Positions 12,201 through 25,700 of a stretch of DNA of 64,000 nt are shown here, piece after piece. Source of the stretch: Lingula anatina (taxonomy: Eukaryota > Animalia > Brachiopoda); NCBI GenBank assembly GCA_051362555.1, contig CM120641.1, forward strand, positions 47,002,401-47,066,400. Direction: 5' to 3'. The notes under the pieces were generated by a model. The model made no database searches. It was given only the letters and a program-made list of their open reading frames with translations, and was not told the DNA's origin. The position numbers and the translations under genes are program-made. Position 1 is the stretch's first letter, and every line of letters begins with the position of its first letter.

Positions 12201-15200
12201 CGCTAGTGTACCATGTTTCTCACTGTAGCAAAATACGTTCGACATGGTGTTTCTGAACGGCAGCCGGAGACATAGTAATTGTATAGGCATGCTTTAAGCT
12301 TGTTCGAGAGACAATAACAGTCGGGTTTAACAATAGATAGCGACCATAGTAAGACCCCCTCCTGTTTAACTGATGATTTACACTTTTAATTGACCGTACT
12401 TTCGTATATTGTATGATCATACAGCCAGACTTCCCCCTGTTGCACGTTGTAGTTGGATTGTCATTGCGCCTATGTCAATGCACCTCATTTAATTTCAATA
12501 TTATAATATAAGCATAATATAAGTAATATGTTATTTCCTTATTCCTCTTTCATTATCATTCATGTTTTATAAATACTTGAACGCTTGAATGCAGATATTT
12601 CAAATTAAAACGTAAGTACATAAATAAATTATACATTTATAAATTAATGCAATAGGAATTTTTTGAGACAGATTGATGCTGACGCTCATGCATTTCAACC
12701 AAACAAACAATAATTAGTTCAATTTTTGACTACGGAAATTTCATATAGGATGAAATAACTGATAACAAATTTAACTAGCAGTTTGTTAGCAACACTAAAA
12801 ACCAGCTGCGCGTGCCAAACTAGTGAACAAAAGGACAGTTCGCTTCGCGTGGCACGCCTTAGCATGGGTTTAGCCTCTTCAAGCTATAATCCTATCGCCG
12901 CAACAAACAATAGGGACCTTCTGGCTGATGTATCCTGCTGTTAATTACACCTAGTTACAGCGGATTGTCACGCTCGCGCTGGGCCACAGAAACCGGCGTC
13001 ATGGGGTTCACACGCATTAAGTATTGTGTTATTCCACCTAAGCTATTGTGTTTGTGCGTTCGAATTTTGAAGGGATTTATACGGCCCTCCATTGTTTGTC
13101 CGCCCCCTTCTATTCACAAGATAGGGATTAAAACATTTCGAACGTGGTTACACCGGTGTACAACGGAAACAAAATTATTCCGACCACTGTACGTCAGGTG
13201 ATTCGTTAAAGTCGAGGAGTGTTTCACTATCAAATGTGTAAATCATATATGTCATAAAACACTATAAGAAAGTTTTTTGTTACGATCTGCAACATTTGTT
13301 CATTTATATAGCAGGGCGAAGTGAAAGCCAGAGGTAAATTCATAATTTTGGCGATTTATTAAAACCATATTGGTACATAAAAGTTTAAGATTAGCATAAG
13401 TTAAGCAACAACTAGTATGAAGAACAACACCCTTTTTAAATGAGGCAAGACACCCTCTTCACACTGATTATAACCTTGAGAAAGACATTATGCAACTTAA
13501 GGCAAAGGAGTTATGCAAAGTTCTTTCAACTCGTGTGTGAATACAACACATTCTTTGTCACTTTTACAAGACAATGGAGGCGAGCAAGTAGAGTAATTAC
13601 AATATACAATAAAAAGGACATTAGTATAGAAAGCTTACTTCGGGTCAGCCCTTTGCTTGTTCGAATGAAAGAGATAGATATCGCGCCGCGACTCCCTTTA
13701 TTAATCCTTCGTGTGTTTGTGTAAAAGTGTGAAAGACAGGCAACGGTCTTTAGTCGCTGTTGATATTTTTGGCGATTAATATTGAAGTATAACTCCTTCG
13801 CCTGCATGTAAACGTGTTACTTTTCCTCATGTTCTCTATATTTCTTTTAGGTGGTTGAGACAATGGGATGAGATCGATAAAAGTAAAGGTTAATCTAAAC
13901 AATTAGATGCGATTTTTGTGAAATGACTTATTAAGTGATGTGCATGTACCTAGCATGTTTAAATTCTTGAATTTCTAATTTGTTAAATCTTTCATACACG
14001 GCCTCATATATGTATTACTCTCAGGCCTTCGATTGTGTTACACGGGACTCCTGGAAACCTGAAGCACAGGTCTACGGAGTCTTGTTATCCTTCATGCAGT
14101 TTTATGGCTGGGATGAGCACTGCGAAGTAGAAACAGGCTTTACTTAGGTTTACTTGATGCACGACAGTTTAAACAAAACCAGTCTGCAAGGCTTGCTTTG
14201 ATTTGGCGTAAACCTTACACTGGTTTTAAAAGAACAAATATAAATATGTTCGATGGATTAAATGCCGGCTTCGTTATATTTTAACTAAATGCGTTCATTT
14301 GCACATTTACACAGATAATATTTTTAAGTTGTCTGTCGTTCAGCACGCATTATAGGCGAGTAGCTAAATAGTGACGGTGATCAATCCAAGCTCAATCTTG
14401 GCAAGTATCATTTACAAAATAGATCATGTTGAATAAACTTAATTACGCTTTAATAAATAATCAACACACGGTTCGGTTATTGTCACTTGAAAGCTTTCGA
14501 TCAAAGACGTTCAATGAAATCACAAATCATTTGACGATTAAAAAATGGACATGTTCAAGGGGCAGTTTTTGTTTCAGCTAAAGGGACTTCAGGTTCAGGT
14601 AGAGGTTTCAGTTACGTGTTTCATCGGATGATAGCATCACGCCCTAGGTCTAAGCGAGTTGAATAGAAGCTTTTTATCCAAACATCCTATTCCTAACTAC
14701 TGAGTTAGGACAAAGGTCTAGTAACATGCACTGTGCAATTACTATTAATGGATCAGATGCATACTTGATTGTTTTTCTTCTGGTGTCGCACGTATGCATC
14801 CTTTCTTGAGTGATCTAAAACAAGTCGCTAGTGTACCACGTTTCTCACTGTAGCAAAATATGTTCGACATGGTGTTTCTGAACGGCAGCCGGAGACAGTA
14901 ATTGTATAGGCATGCTTTAAGCTTGTTCGAGAGATAATAACAGTCGGGCTTAACAATAGATAGCGAGCTATAGTAAGACCCCCTCCTCTTTAACTGATGA
15001 TTTACACTTTTAATTGACCGTACTTTCGTATATTGTATGATCATACAGCCAGACTTCCCCCTGTTGCACGTTGTAGTTGGATTGTCATTGCGCCTATGTC
15101 AATGCACCTCATTTAATTTCAATATTATAATATAAGCATAATATAAGTATTATGTTATTTCCTTATTCCTCTTTCATTATCATTCATGTTTTATAAATAC

Positions 15201-16665
15201 TAGAACGCTTGAATGCAGATATTTCAAATTAAAACGTAAGTACATAAATAAATTAAACATTTATAAATTAATGCAATAGGAATTTTTTGAGACAGATTGA
15301 TGCTGACGCTCATGCATTACAACCAAACAAACAATAATTAGTTCAATTTTTGACTGCGGAAATTTCATATAGGATGAAATAACTGATAACAAATTTAACT
15401 AGCAGTTTGTTAGCAACACCAAAAACCAGCTGCGCGTGCCAAACTAGTGAACAAAAGGACAGTTCGCTTCGCGTGGCACGCCTTAGCATGGGTTTAGCCT
15501 CTTCAAGCTATAATCCTATCGCCGCAACAAACAATAGGGACCTTCTGGCTGATGTATCCTGCTGTTAATTACACCTAGTTACAGCGTATTGTCACGCTCG
15601 CGCTGGGCCACAGAAACCGGCGTCATGGGGTTCACTCGTATTAAGTATTGTGTTATTCCACCTAAGCTATTGTGTTTGTGCGTTCGAATTTTGAAGGGAT
15701 TTATACGGCCCTCCATTGTTTGTCCGCCCCCTTCTATTCACAAGATAGGGATTAAAACAATTCGAACGTTGTTACACCGGTGTACAATGGAAACAATATT
15801 ATTCCGACCACTGTACCGGGGGTATAAACACTGATTTGGCCCCGACTTGGCCAGTGTCACTCTCCTTTAATGTCCTATATGAGAATAATTTTCAAAAGGG
15901 TATAAACTATTTGATATTAGTGTATATATTTGATTAAAACAAACACCTTACGTGAAACACCTAGGTGAAATTTACCAATTGGTGAATGTTACATTTAGAC
16001 CTTAATATTTCTGTGTATGTTTTCGTTAATGGGTTAAGTTCGTTACTATACAACATAATGCTTTTTATTACAAATCATCCAAAAGGTCTTCGTAAGGACC
16101 CTAAGAAAAAACTGAAGTTGAAATGTAAAAAATATTTAAAAAATACACAAACGTGCATAACTTTCGTTACCACGTTTGATGTAGTCATGGCCCCCAAAGT
16201 ACAGATGGCAATATCTGTTTTTTTCATAAAAATCCAGGGCCCGGTTTTATAAAGGACCTTAAGCACTAACCAGTGGATAAGCCTAACCAGTGGATAAATT
16301 CTCCAAACACTGGTTAACTAAACGGCGGTTAAAATTGTGTTTTATAAACAGCGTTTAAACAGCCGGTTAGTTCACGGACGTTTAATTTTTTTAATCAGTG
16401 TTAAGTTGTCATGAACAACTTATCCAGATCATATTTGGAAATAAAATTTCCCAGAATGCAATGGGCTTCTGTAAAAAAATAAAATACCCATAATTAAGCC
16501 ATTGTTCATTTGTGTCTCTGCTTTTCTTTAATGTACTTTGGCAATGCCAAGAATATCTGAGAAAACAAAGAGATGATTTAGATTGCCAAAGTATAAGTAC
16601 TTATTTTCAAAAAAAAAAAAAAACTAATAATGTAATAATACTACTACTACTACTACTACTACTAC

Positions 16666-16712
<47 letters not shown>

Positions 16713-16713
16713 G

Positions 16714-16756
<43 letters not shown>

Positions 16757-19700
16757 TATCATAAAAATATTCAAAATGAAACTAGTTTCCTTGAAAGAAT
16801 GATTCCTTTCCGTCTCTGGAGCTAGTTGGTTTTGAAGTAAGATTTCTAAATACAGTATCGATTTTCTACTGAATCTAAATCTTTCAATGAGTTCTTGCTC
16901 AGTTGCTCCATCAAAATCAAATAAATCTGTACTGAAATTTCTGTCTCTCCTCAGTCTAGAAGGTATATATCTGCGAGGATTTATGGCAAACCGCAGCAGG
17001 TATGCCATTTTTATCCGGCGTTTAAGGAATTTATTGTCGAGCGTATAAATTTAACCAACCGTTAAGAAGATTTCACTATTGGTTAGTGCTAAACGAAACC
17101 CGATTAAACGTCGTTTAAGTTAAATGCTGGATTTAACCGGTGGTTAGTGCTAAATGTCCTTTATAAAACCGGGCCCAGATTTTTTAGAGTGCTTTCTTTG
17201 CTGCAAAGTTTGTAACATTTATCAAACACAGAAATGGGCTGAATTTGTGAATCTCCACCCTTCTCGTGAAATGGCACTTAATTGGAAAATATACGAATAT
17301 ATGTATATCTGCATATAATCGGACTGCAGCGTTTTTTTATCATTTTAATAATAAAATAAAAATAAGATCAAAATCTTATAATATTTATTTATTTAGAGCA
17401 AAAGTGGAATACTATAATCGATGGGTTACGCGAAGGAAGTCATACACGGCCCAGGTATGTTGCCCCAGCTGGAGGAAACTTAATTCAACCTGCGTTGCAA
17501 GTAAGTGAAAATACTGCAATTAAGATATTTAATTGTATTTATGTAGCAAATGGTTTGTTTTAGTGGTGGTATTAACTCTTTGGTAATACATCAACTTTTT
17601 GTTTATAGGAAATTAGTCATAGTTTGGGTCTTGTGTCTGCACATTTTGACCTTAAGTAGTTGACCAATTCAAGGTGATAACAGATGTCTAGGGTTAAGGA
17701 ATGTCTTAGCTGCTGTGTATTAGGCACACACATTTATATTTTATGAAAGATGTTTTGGGGATTAGTTCTGTCGAGCTGCATCAGTGAGGAGTCATTCAGC
17801 TTTGTAGCTGCGGAGATATTTGCCCGCAGTTTTAGCAGCTACACTGCAACTTTTTGCTCCTATAGCTGTTGCGATTTTTCATATCTTTCTTAATTAATCC
17901 TGGTTACACTCATTAACATACTTTATCATTTTTATATTATGGCACTTGTATAGTTTGGGGGATGTTTGATTATCTCCCCAGTTTTGTAACTTTGTATCTT
18001 ATTGGTTTTCGTCATTAATAAATGACAATGTTCAGTCTTATGGACTTAGCTTACCTAATTTGGAGCAAAAACAGAGCTTCGTTGTGCTTGTGAACATTTG
18101 GCTACATAAATAAGATTTGTTTTTATGAGAACGTCTTCAAAAATCAGTTGTATTTTGTTCAGTGTCCTAAGTCAGAAAAATATTTTATAAAACCCGTTGA
18201 CAGTTAATTATTTGATACTGAGAAATCTCCTATATCAGATACATCAAATTGAAAATAAAAAATGACTTTATAATCAAAAACATGAAATAATGAACCCATT
18301 TCTACAAATATTGAAACAATATTTTAGACTTTGCCGAATTAAAGCTGATATAACTGGATGTAGATATCACAATGTTTTAAGGTTCAGATTTCACACCGTT
18401 GTGCACTATTGTCTAAAAATGTGTCAGTTTTACACATTTGTTTTTTTCACTTTATTTATTACTGGTACACTTTTAATATACAGACACTGTATGTGTCGGT
18501 ACACATGTATATATCTTTGTCTGGCCATGTCGTCATCGTCGCTGTCCTTCACATCTGATATTTCACACTATAACTGCCAATGCGTTTAAAAAAATGCTGT
18601 GTGACTTCGTTTGGTAAAAAGACCGGTTTCTGATGAAAATCCTTATGTTCATAATAGAGTATTTGTATATTTGGGTTTGTTTGTAAGCATACTGATGGCG
18701 GAGATTTACCCCATACGTGCCAAATTTCCTGTATTTCTGGTTTTCATCGATTTTGACTTTTTATCGAAAAACATACATGTATACAAGAATGCACATATCT
18801 TATTTCAGCCCTTAGTGATAACATAAATCAGTGCCTTTTACGGACCCTGTTAAATTATATGTTAAGTACGGTCAAATATTCAAGAAAAATGATTTAAGAA
18901 CCAGTCAACTTTTCCCAAATTGAAAACGCTGTGTATTAAATTTATTTTTTGTTTGCTTACCTTTCTGTACCATTGCTATATTGGGTGTATAACAAAGTCG
19001 CACCGGACTTTAAATCGCAACGAGCTTACGGTACATTTTTACGAACCGCCAATAGATACCATATATTTAATTTTTTACAAGTGGCCTTCGATACAAAAAC
19101 GAGTGTCCATATTCCAGAACTAACGTTCTGTAGTCTCTTGAATTTCTCTCAATCTGCCTGTTTTACTGAAATGTGCACATTACGTATGCTAGGTAACACT
19201 GTTGCACATGTTTTGATTGGAGTCTGTATATATGTCATTTTAGATTGCTCACTGATACCCCACTGTGTGAGTGAAACATGCACAAGCATCAATGTCTTTG
19301 ATTCTGGGTGCGCCAAGTGTTCAGACCAAGGTAGAAACATTACAACCTCTGTATTTTGGCCTGCGGGAACATCCAGAGAATGTTTAGGTAAGGGTGATGA
19401 TTTCAAAGTTAAACACAACGTCATTTCAACCCCGTTCAAAACGTGCTTAAGCTTATCTTAGCCCAACGTACAACAATGCGCCAGGTCAATAACTCTATGC
19501 GTTTTATCTGATCAGCAACCTGTTCTTGGAAACAATACCACTGCTGGCCAGGGAATTGCACAGATGGGCTTTATTCACGTGGGTGTACCTGTGTTGATGG
19601 ATTCACCGGTCGGAAAGGACAGTGCGACAGTAAGTTATGACCGTGCCTGGTTTGAATATGCACATGTATGTACGGACAACAGTTATAGGTATCGGATAAA

Positions 19701-22700
19701 ACTCATGTTCTTCAGGATTTTTGTCCATTAGTAATTATTACCTACCTACTTAAAATGATCATACTGGGTAACCATAATTAATGCACTAAATAGGCTTTCG
19801 CGTGCACATATATATATATATCACTGTTTAACTAGACGCAGTTGGTTGAAGTATTTTGTTTAATCTCAGTTGCAGGTTCAAAAAAGCCTCACTTGACTAC
19901 ATGTGACATCGGGATTACGTCACAAGATGGTCAAATGGCCAACTCAACTGTACCAGATAATGTATCGAGAGAATGTCAAAACGTTCAGGGCGCCTATATC
20001 AATTTCCAACCAGTCTCACTGAGCTTTACATTCAGCTTCAATTTCAAAATAACTGGAATACCAGATAAGCCACTCAGGATACAGGAATACCACTTCGGCG
20101 TTACTTCGGCTTCAGTTACTTTAGGAACCGCTCGATTGGGTATTTTAGTTTCTTATAATATTTTCAACACTTGCATTTAAAATTTATGATGAATGGTTCT
20201 CTAAAATTGTTCTTGTAGTTACTTCTAACTAGTTAAGCATACCTCCGTAAATAATACGGGCTTTAAATTGCATATTTTATACATCGATGTGCACCTTTCT
20301 CTAACTAATATGTGTATACCTTTATGGGCTACCGGTCTGGGTATGTAATATGGTAATTCAAGAATAAGAAAGGGAATTATGGTTTTTAGTATATTTTTAG
20401 CACCGGCTTCGTTTGTTTACCACGGCACGACCAATGTGACAGCTGATATGTGCACTCACAACTTCAGTCGATCATCTCCCTACAGTGATTTAGTTTCGTG
20501 CAAGCACATACTTTCATCATTCTCTCTGCCTCCTCTGCACAATGGCGAAAGGTAAGTAAATTACGCCCTCTGTTTCAAAGCAGCACAGGAAATTATGAAA
20601 TATTTTACGTCAGGAACACTTGGAGATGGCAATATATTATAATATAATACATTATTAACTTTGCGAGAAAATATCGTACACAATTTCACCAGTGGTCCAT
20701 TAGTGAATATGCATTTTCTTTTTTACACTAAATTAAATCTCAAGGCTTTTGGTCACTCCGTGACCTTCCTCAGCGCGTGTTATTAAGAGACTGAGCAATA
20801 TTCACTAATGTCTTGATAATAATGCTACCACGAGTGTGACATTTGGTGTCTATCCCCGTCACGGTTCAGGCTTGGGTTGTGGGCAGGGATGTACTATAGT
20901 AAATTGCCTCCTTAACTCCCCTGTTATACCATGATGAGTCTTTGTCCAAATTTCCCGCGAAATCTTGTGCCCCGGTTTCTCCGAGTGAATCTGTTAAGAG
21001 ACCCTTAGTCCCTTAGGTCTAATTAAACAAAAGCCTGCAAATATGCTTAAAATAAGCATGCATTTCCATTTTTGCGAATGAGAATATTGGGAGTGTTACT
21101 AACCCCAAATATCCCAAAGTGCAGTTATTCATTTTGGTGCCATTAACTGCATATGTTTGCCATTATGTCCTGCTTTTGATACTCATAAGAGGTTTATTTT
21201 TCTTTTGAATTCGCTGAGTTGGCCAGCAGTAAAATCGATGCATCCTCTTTTGTGATCTTGAACATAAACAACGCAGATGAAAGCTAGGAGTGGTACTGAA
21301 GGTCTGGCCGGAAAATTCACTAAGAAATGAAATTGCTTTGCCATTATGGGAGGGTAAAATGTTTAGAGTGTTATAAACCCCAGATGTTCAAAAGCACTTA
21401 CTTTGTAGTCTGCTAACTTCATATTCCTGGCCACTATGCCATGATTCGAATATTTCGACTAGAACTTTTTTCCTTTCGTGGTGATTAGACCGAAGAGACC
21501 AGGGCCCCGTACCTCGAAAGCATCGATTGCGCAAGCGTCTCGATTCCATAACTCGCCCATATTCGTCCCATATACAATGTGGCCTCTATGTGATAACGCT
21601 ATTCGCAATACGCGACGCTTTCGAGTTACGGGGCCCAGCCGATAAAAGCAGTCAGATTGATAATTCTACTCTCTCGTGGCCTTGTCTGGTACTATCAAAC
21701 GTACTGCAGAAGAGCAAAAGTGGGAACTGCTAAGCCATCAAGTCAATCCCTTCAAAAACGTCAAGGTCAAATTAGCCTTAATACGGGTAATAGAGTCCGT
21801 CTCATTGATTAGAAGGTATAAATTGTCCCAAAAGAACAAAGACATGGTTTTTACTGACGACATAAAATTGACCGCTTAGTGTGTTTAGTGACCTTCCATA
21901 TTTATTAATTTATACTTCTTTTAGCAAATCTATAAACAATTTTCAGACAGAACACTGTTTATCACTTTAGCAATGGCCCACTCTGGATATTTGCACATCT
22001 TTGAAGCTTCATTCACATTATCCAACTCACTTCCCAAATGTAATTCATTTTGGTTCCATTAACTGCATATTTTTGCCATTATGTCCTACTTTTGATACTC
22101 ATAACGGGTTTATCTTTCTTTTCAATCCACTGAGTTGGCCAGCAGTAAAATTGATGCATCCTCTTTTGTGATCTTGAACATTATAAACCATTGGGGTCTG
22201 TTGCGATGGTTCTGGTTATGTGATGCTGGGTCTTGTTACTATTTTATTGTGTTGGTGTCCGGGAATGCCAACCCAATAATATTTATCTCTTTTCCTGATA
22301 GTATATATTGTAAACAGCCAGCTCATCTGTAGTTTCCCCTCCTTTAATCAACAGTAAGTACATACTGGTCAGAAATGAAAAATAAAAAAAATGGAAAATA
22401 ATGTAATGTAAATGTACATGGGCATTCCGTTATTTCGTACATTTCAGGTTTTGCGCACAGTTTGAGGCAAAGGGCGGGGGTTATTTTGTACCATTTGACG
22501 CCCTGAATAATAAGGCTCTTTCTACTAGAATTTATTACAACGATACTACTGCATCTCATGTAGTATGCATGAAATTTGACTCAGTTGCTCCTTTACATTG
22601 CTCGGCTAATGAGACGTGTATATGGGCGCCTTTGCACGTTCCCCAGCGCATTACCAGAAATGGTCGACTGTCTTTGTCATTTGAAGGCTGGTCGGATCCG

Positions 22701-25700
22701 TCTACATCTGTTCAAGACCAAGCATCTGGCATAGAACACTACGAAATCCACGTACATAAGGTTGCCGACGGTGGCAATGACATGTTAATGGTAAAGCACG
22801 AAAGTACTCTCAAATACGTGACAACAAATACAACTATTGATATTGAACTCACTGATCAACCGGAGTTGTATGCTCTCTTACTGACCGTTAAGGACATTGC
22901 CGGAAATGTGAATCAAGCGCGTCGTTTTGTGCTGTATGACAACTCTTCACGAGTGGAAGTCAACGAGCACAAACCCTTTACACTGACATCAGCCAATTCA
23001 GGTGCCAAATACCTGTGGCAAGGCAACCATATTCCGATCCAGCTAAAATGGGAAGATCATTTTCATAATACTCATCACTTCCATCACAACCAGTTACGAC
23101 CCATACGGAATAACACGAACAATTCTGTTGCGTATGATCAAATCACCGGTGATCTTCCCATTACCGGTTCAGTGAATATTCACGGCATCGTCAACTTCCA
23201 GTACTCATTTCAACGACAACTACCTTCGCCTACACCTGCATCGGCGTTTCAAAACGTCCCGAACTTTCAAGATCAGTCACTGAATCTGTCTGAGATCAGT
23301 CCCAAAGATGGCGAAAGTTACACCATCTTCATAAAAGCTATAGATATAATGAACAATACGCTGGTGGACAATGTCACAGTCTACATTGACAGCTCGGAAC
23401 CAGAGATTTCTAACATGTGGTTGGTTAGAGACGGTCATAAGCAGCTCTATGTTCACAGCGGGACAGATCTCTCCAAAATGACACTCCAGTTCAACGCCAA
23501 GGATCCAGAAAGTGGACTGTACACTGTCAAATGGAAACTGGGCACGGAGCGGTACAGTAGTGACATTGGAAATGGGTCCGAGAGTGTCTTTCCCTATAAG
23601 GTAAGATAAAGGGTTTTCACGTATTAGTGACTTAAGGCATGATTTGCACGGGCTAAACATGTTTTATACAATGTTTTGCGTAGGGCATTTGACTTTATTG
23701 TAACGTATCTAATGCACACACTGCAGAAAGACTAGCCTTTTGTAGATGTTAAATTACAATACACAGCATATCTATTTACTTCAGGGTGAACACCCCGATC
23801 CAAACTGCCATTACTGTCCAGCCGTCGGTCCATGTGAATTCTGCAACTACACCATTGGGCTTCACTCCCTTGTAGCTGATAAGACGCACATAGGGCAGCA
23901 TAATCGCAAGTACCATTTTACTATCGAAGTAATTAATAACGCCATGCTTGTGACCACAGACACATTGGTTGTACACGTGGACGAGTCGCCTCCAATGGTA
24001 GGCACAGTCCTTGACGGTCCATCCGGAAAAGACAGAGATTTTCAAACTGATTTAACCATACACGGGCATTGGTATGGTTTCTATGACCACGAAAGTGATA
24101 TAGCGACGTATAAGGTGGCAATATCACCACAGTGTCTTTCCAAAGAGCAACTTCTGAAAAGTCAGCCAGGAAATGAGACTAAATTGACCACCCTAGCATC
24201 GGCCTCATTTCTTGCACCACAACCGGGTCATTACGTTTTCTCAGTTATAGCATTAAACAATGCGATGGAACCTTCAGAAGTTGCCTGCTCTGATGGCATT
24301 GTAATAGACACATCCCCACCAGAAATCTACAATGTTCGATTACCAAGTGGACGCATTCGCAATACTTTAGTATGTGACGGGGACACAATTTGGCTACTTA
24401 CATATAACTTAACAAAGAGCAAGCTCTTGGGAAGAGCACCAGAATGTATTGAAAGGTGTTTGCAAGGTGTTCCCGTGTCCATCTTTCCAGAAAAAGAAGT
24501 GAAAAATATGACCATTCACAACTACACAGAATTAAAGACAATGTGCTCGGAAACTCAAAATATTTCCTTTGAGATCGCTTTACCAACTGACGCCGTTAAT
24601 TTGCTGTGGGAAGCGTATGATAAAGAAAGTCAGATACATGGATTTGAAGTCGGTATATCGTCCAACGATGGAAATATTTTAAATCCAGACATTGTAGGGT
24701 TTCATTCCACTCACAACCACACCTATTTCAAACGGACACATTCTGGACTTGGGGATACGTCAAGATTCTTCCTTGTGATCAAAGCAACAAATAAAGCAGG
24801 TTTATCAAACACCGCATCACTTGGGCCTATTCGTTTGCACGAATCTCCACCGACGTTTGTTGGGAAGCCGATCATTGGTATTGTTGACAGCAGTGTCGTG
24901 ATTATTTGGAGTATTGATCAATTAGTGGAAGGAGAGGGAGCAACAATAGAAATAGCAGTTGGTAAGTTTGGTGATTTGTTTGGACCTCAACCTACATGTA
25001 CGTTAGTTTTCTAAAACTCACAAATAAGTAAACGTAAACACATGGCAACTTATCACTGCTGAGGAAATTTATTACAAAGGCATCATGTTAAGTCATCACT
25101 GTATTTAATGCCAGAACAAGTTCCGTGGGTTTAGCAAATATGAATGCTTAGTAATTGCTTACTTCCAGTTGCAATCGTAGGTACTTATGATGAAGAAGAG
25201 GCTGTACAACACTTCAAGACAGTAACAGGCAGTTGTTCTAATGTTACGCACTTCTGCGAAGATCTAGAGATGTCTACACTCCAAGAATATGAGCGCGAAT
25301 TCGGAATTGACTTTGTCATTTTTGTCAGAGTTACAAACGCGGCTGGTCTTTCGCGAGTCGTCGCCTCAAGCTCTATTCAACTTCCAACAGCCTTAAAGCC
25401 AGTAGTAGGGCGTGTCTATGATGTCAATCCAAACAATACACTGGAAGACATAGACTTCATCCTCTCTCCGAGGACAGTATGTGCAGCCTGGCAAGGCTTT
25501 CACCACCATAAAACCGCTGTCCATTACTCAGTTGGTATAGGGAAACGACCAGGGGTAATAGATTTAATGACGTATCGTGACATTCCAATCGCCAATAAAA
25601 CGATGTTCTGTGTGAACACAACCGGTCTGCCCCGTGGCACGAAACTCTTCTTTACCGTGAACGCCAGCACACCCGCCGGTACAGTATCTGCATCTTCAGA

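Larger units (their letters stand above)
6809..17500 (+). other. EMI domain (split over exons 2 and 3 by a 10.5-kb intron)
   Basis: Spliced peptide VCSDQSSMVTYAYVRASRMTTVSYHAKCGFWGWKRCKNYR|AKVEYYNRWVTRRKSYTAQVCCPSWRKLNSTC fits the EMI pattern C...C-x-x-W-x-W-x-R-C-x-x-Y-R...CC-x-x-W...C. The AG|A split Arg codon joins in phase. Confidence 0.75.

Noticed and set aside
7112-15813. Two independent tandem duplications, an integron-like cassette array, or an assembly artefact
   Set aside because: A single nested insertion with TA duplication explains all junctions, and the copies have independent substitutions and indels. Long reads are still needed to fully exclude misassembly.
7420-15834. Duplicated short ORFs inside the nested element (e.g. 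7420, 9110, 10869, 13440, 12965, 15589)
   Set aside because: They recur only because the DNA is duplicated. Indels shift frames between copies and no protein family is recognisable.
16512-16724. Poly-Leu/Ile ORF, and similar poly-SL/YI/ER ORFs at 52237, 52830, 53714 and 61802-62068
   Set aside because: Translations of microsatellites.
18290-19243. ORFs at 18290, 18611, 18920 and the 5' part of 18949 as the start of the giant gene
   Set aside because: Exon 17397-17500 splices in phase directly to 19244, and the signal peptide is at 6214.
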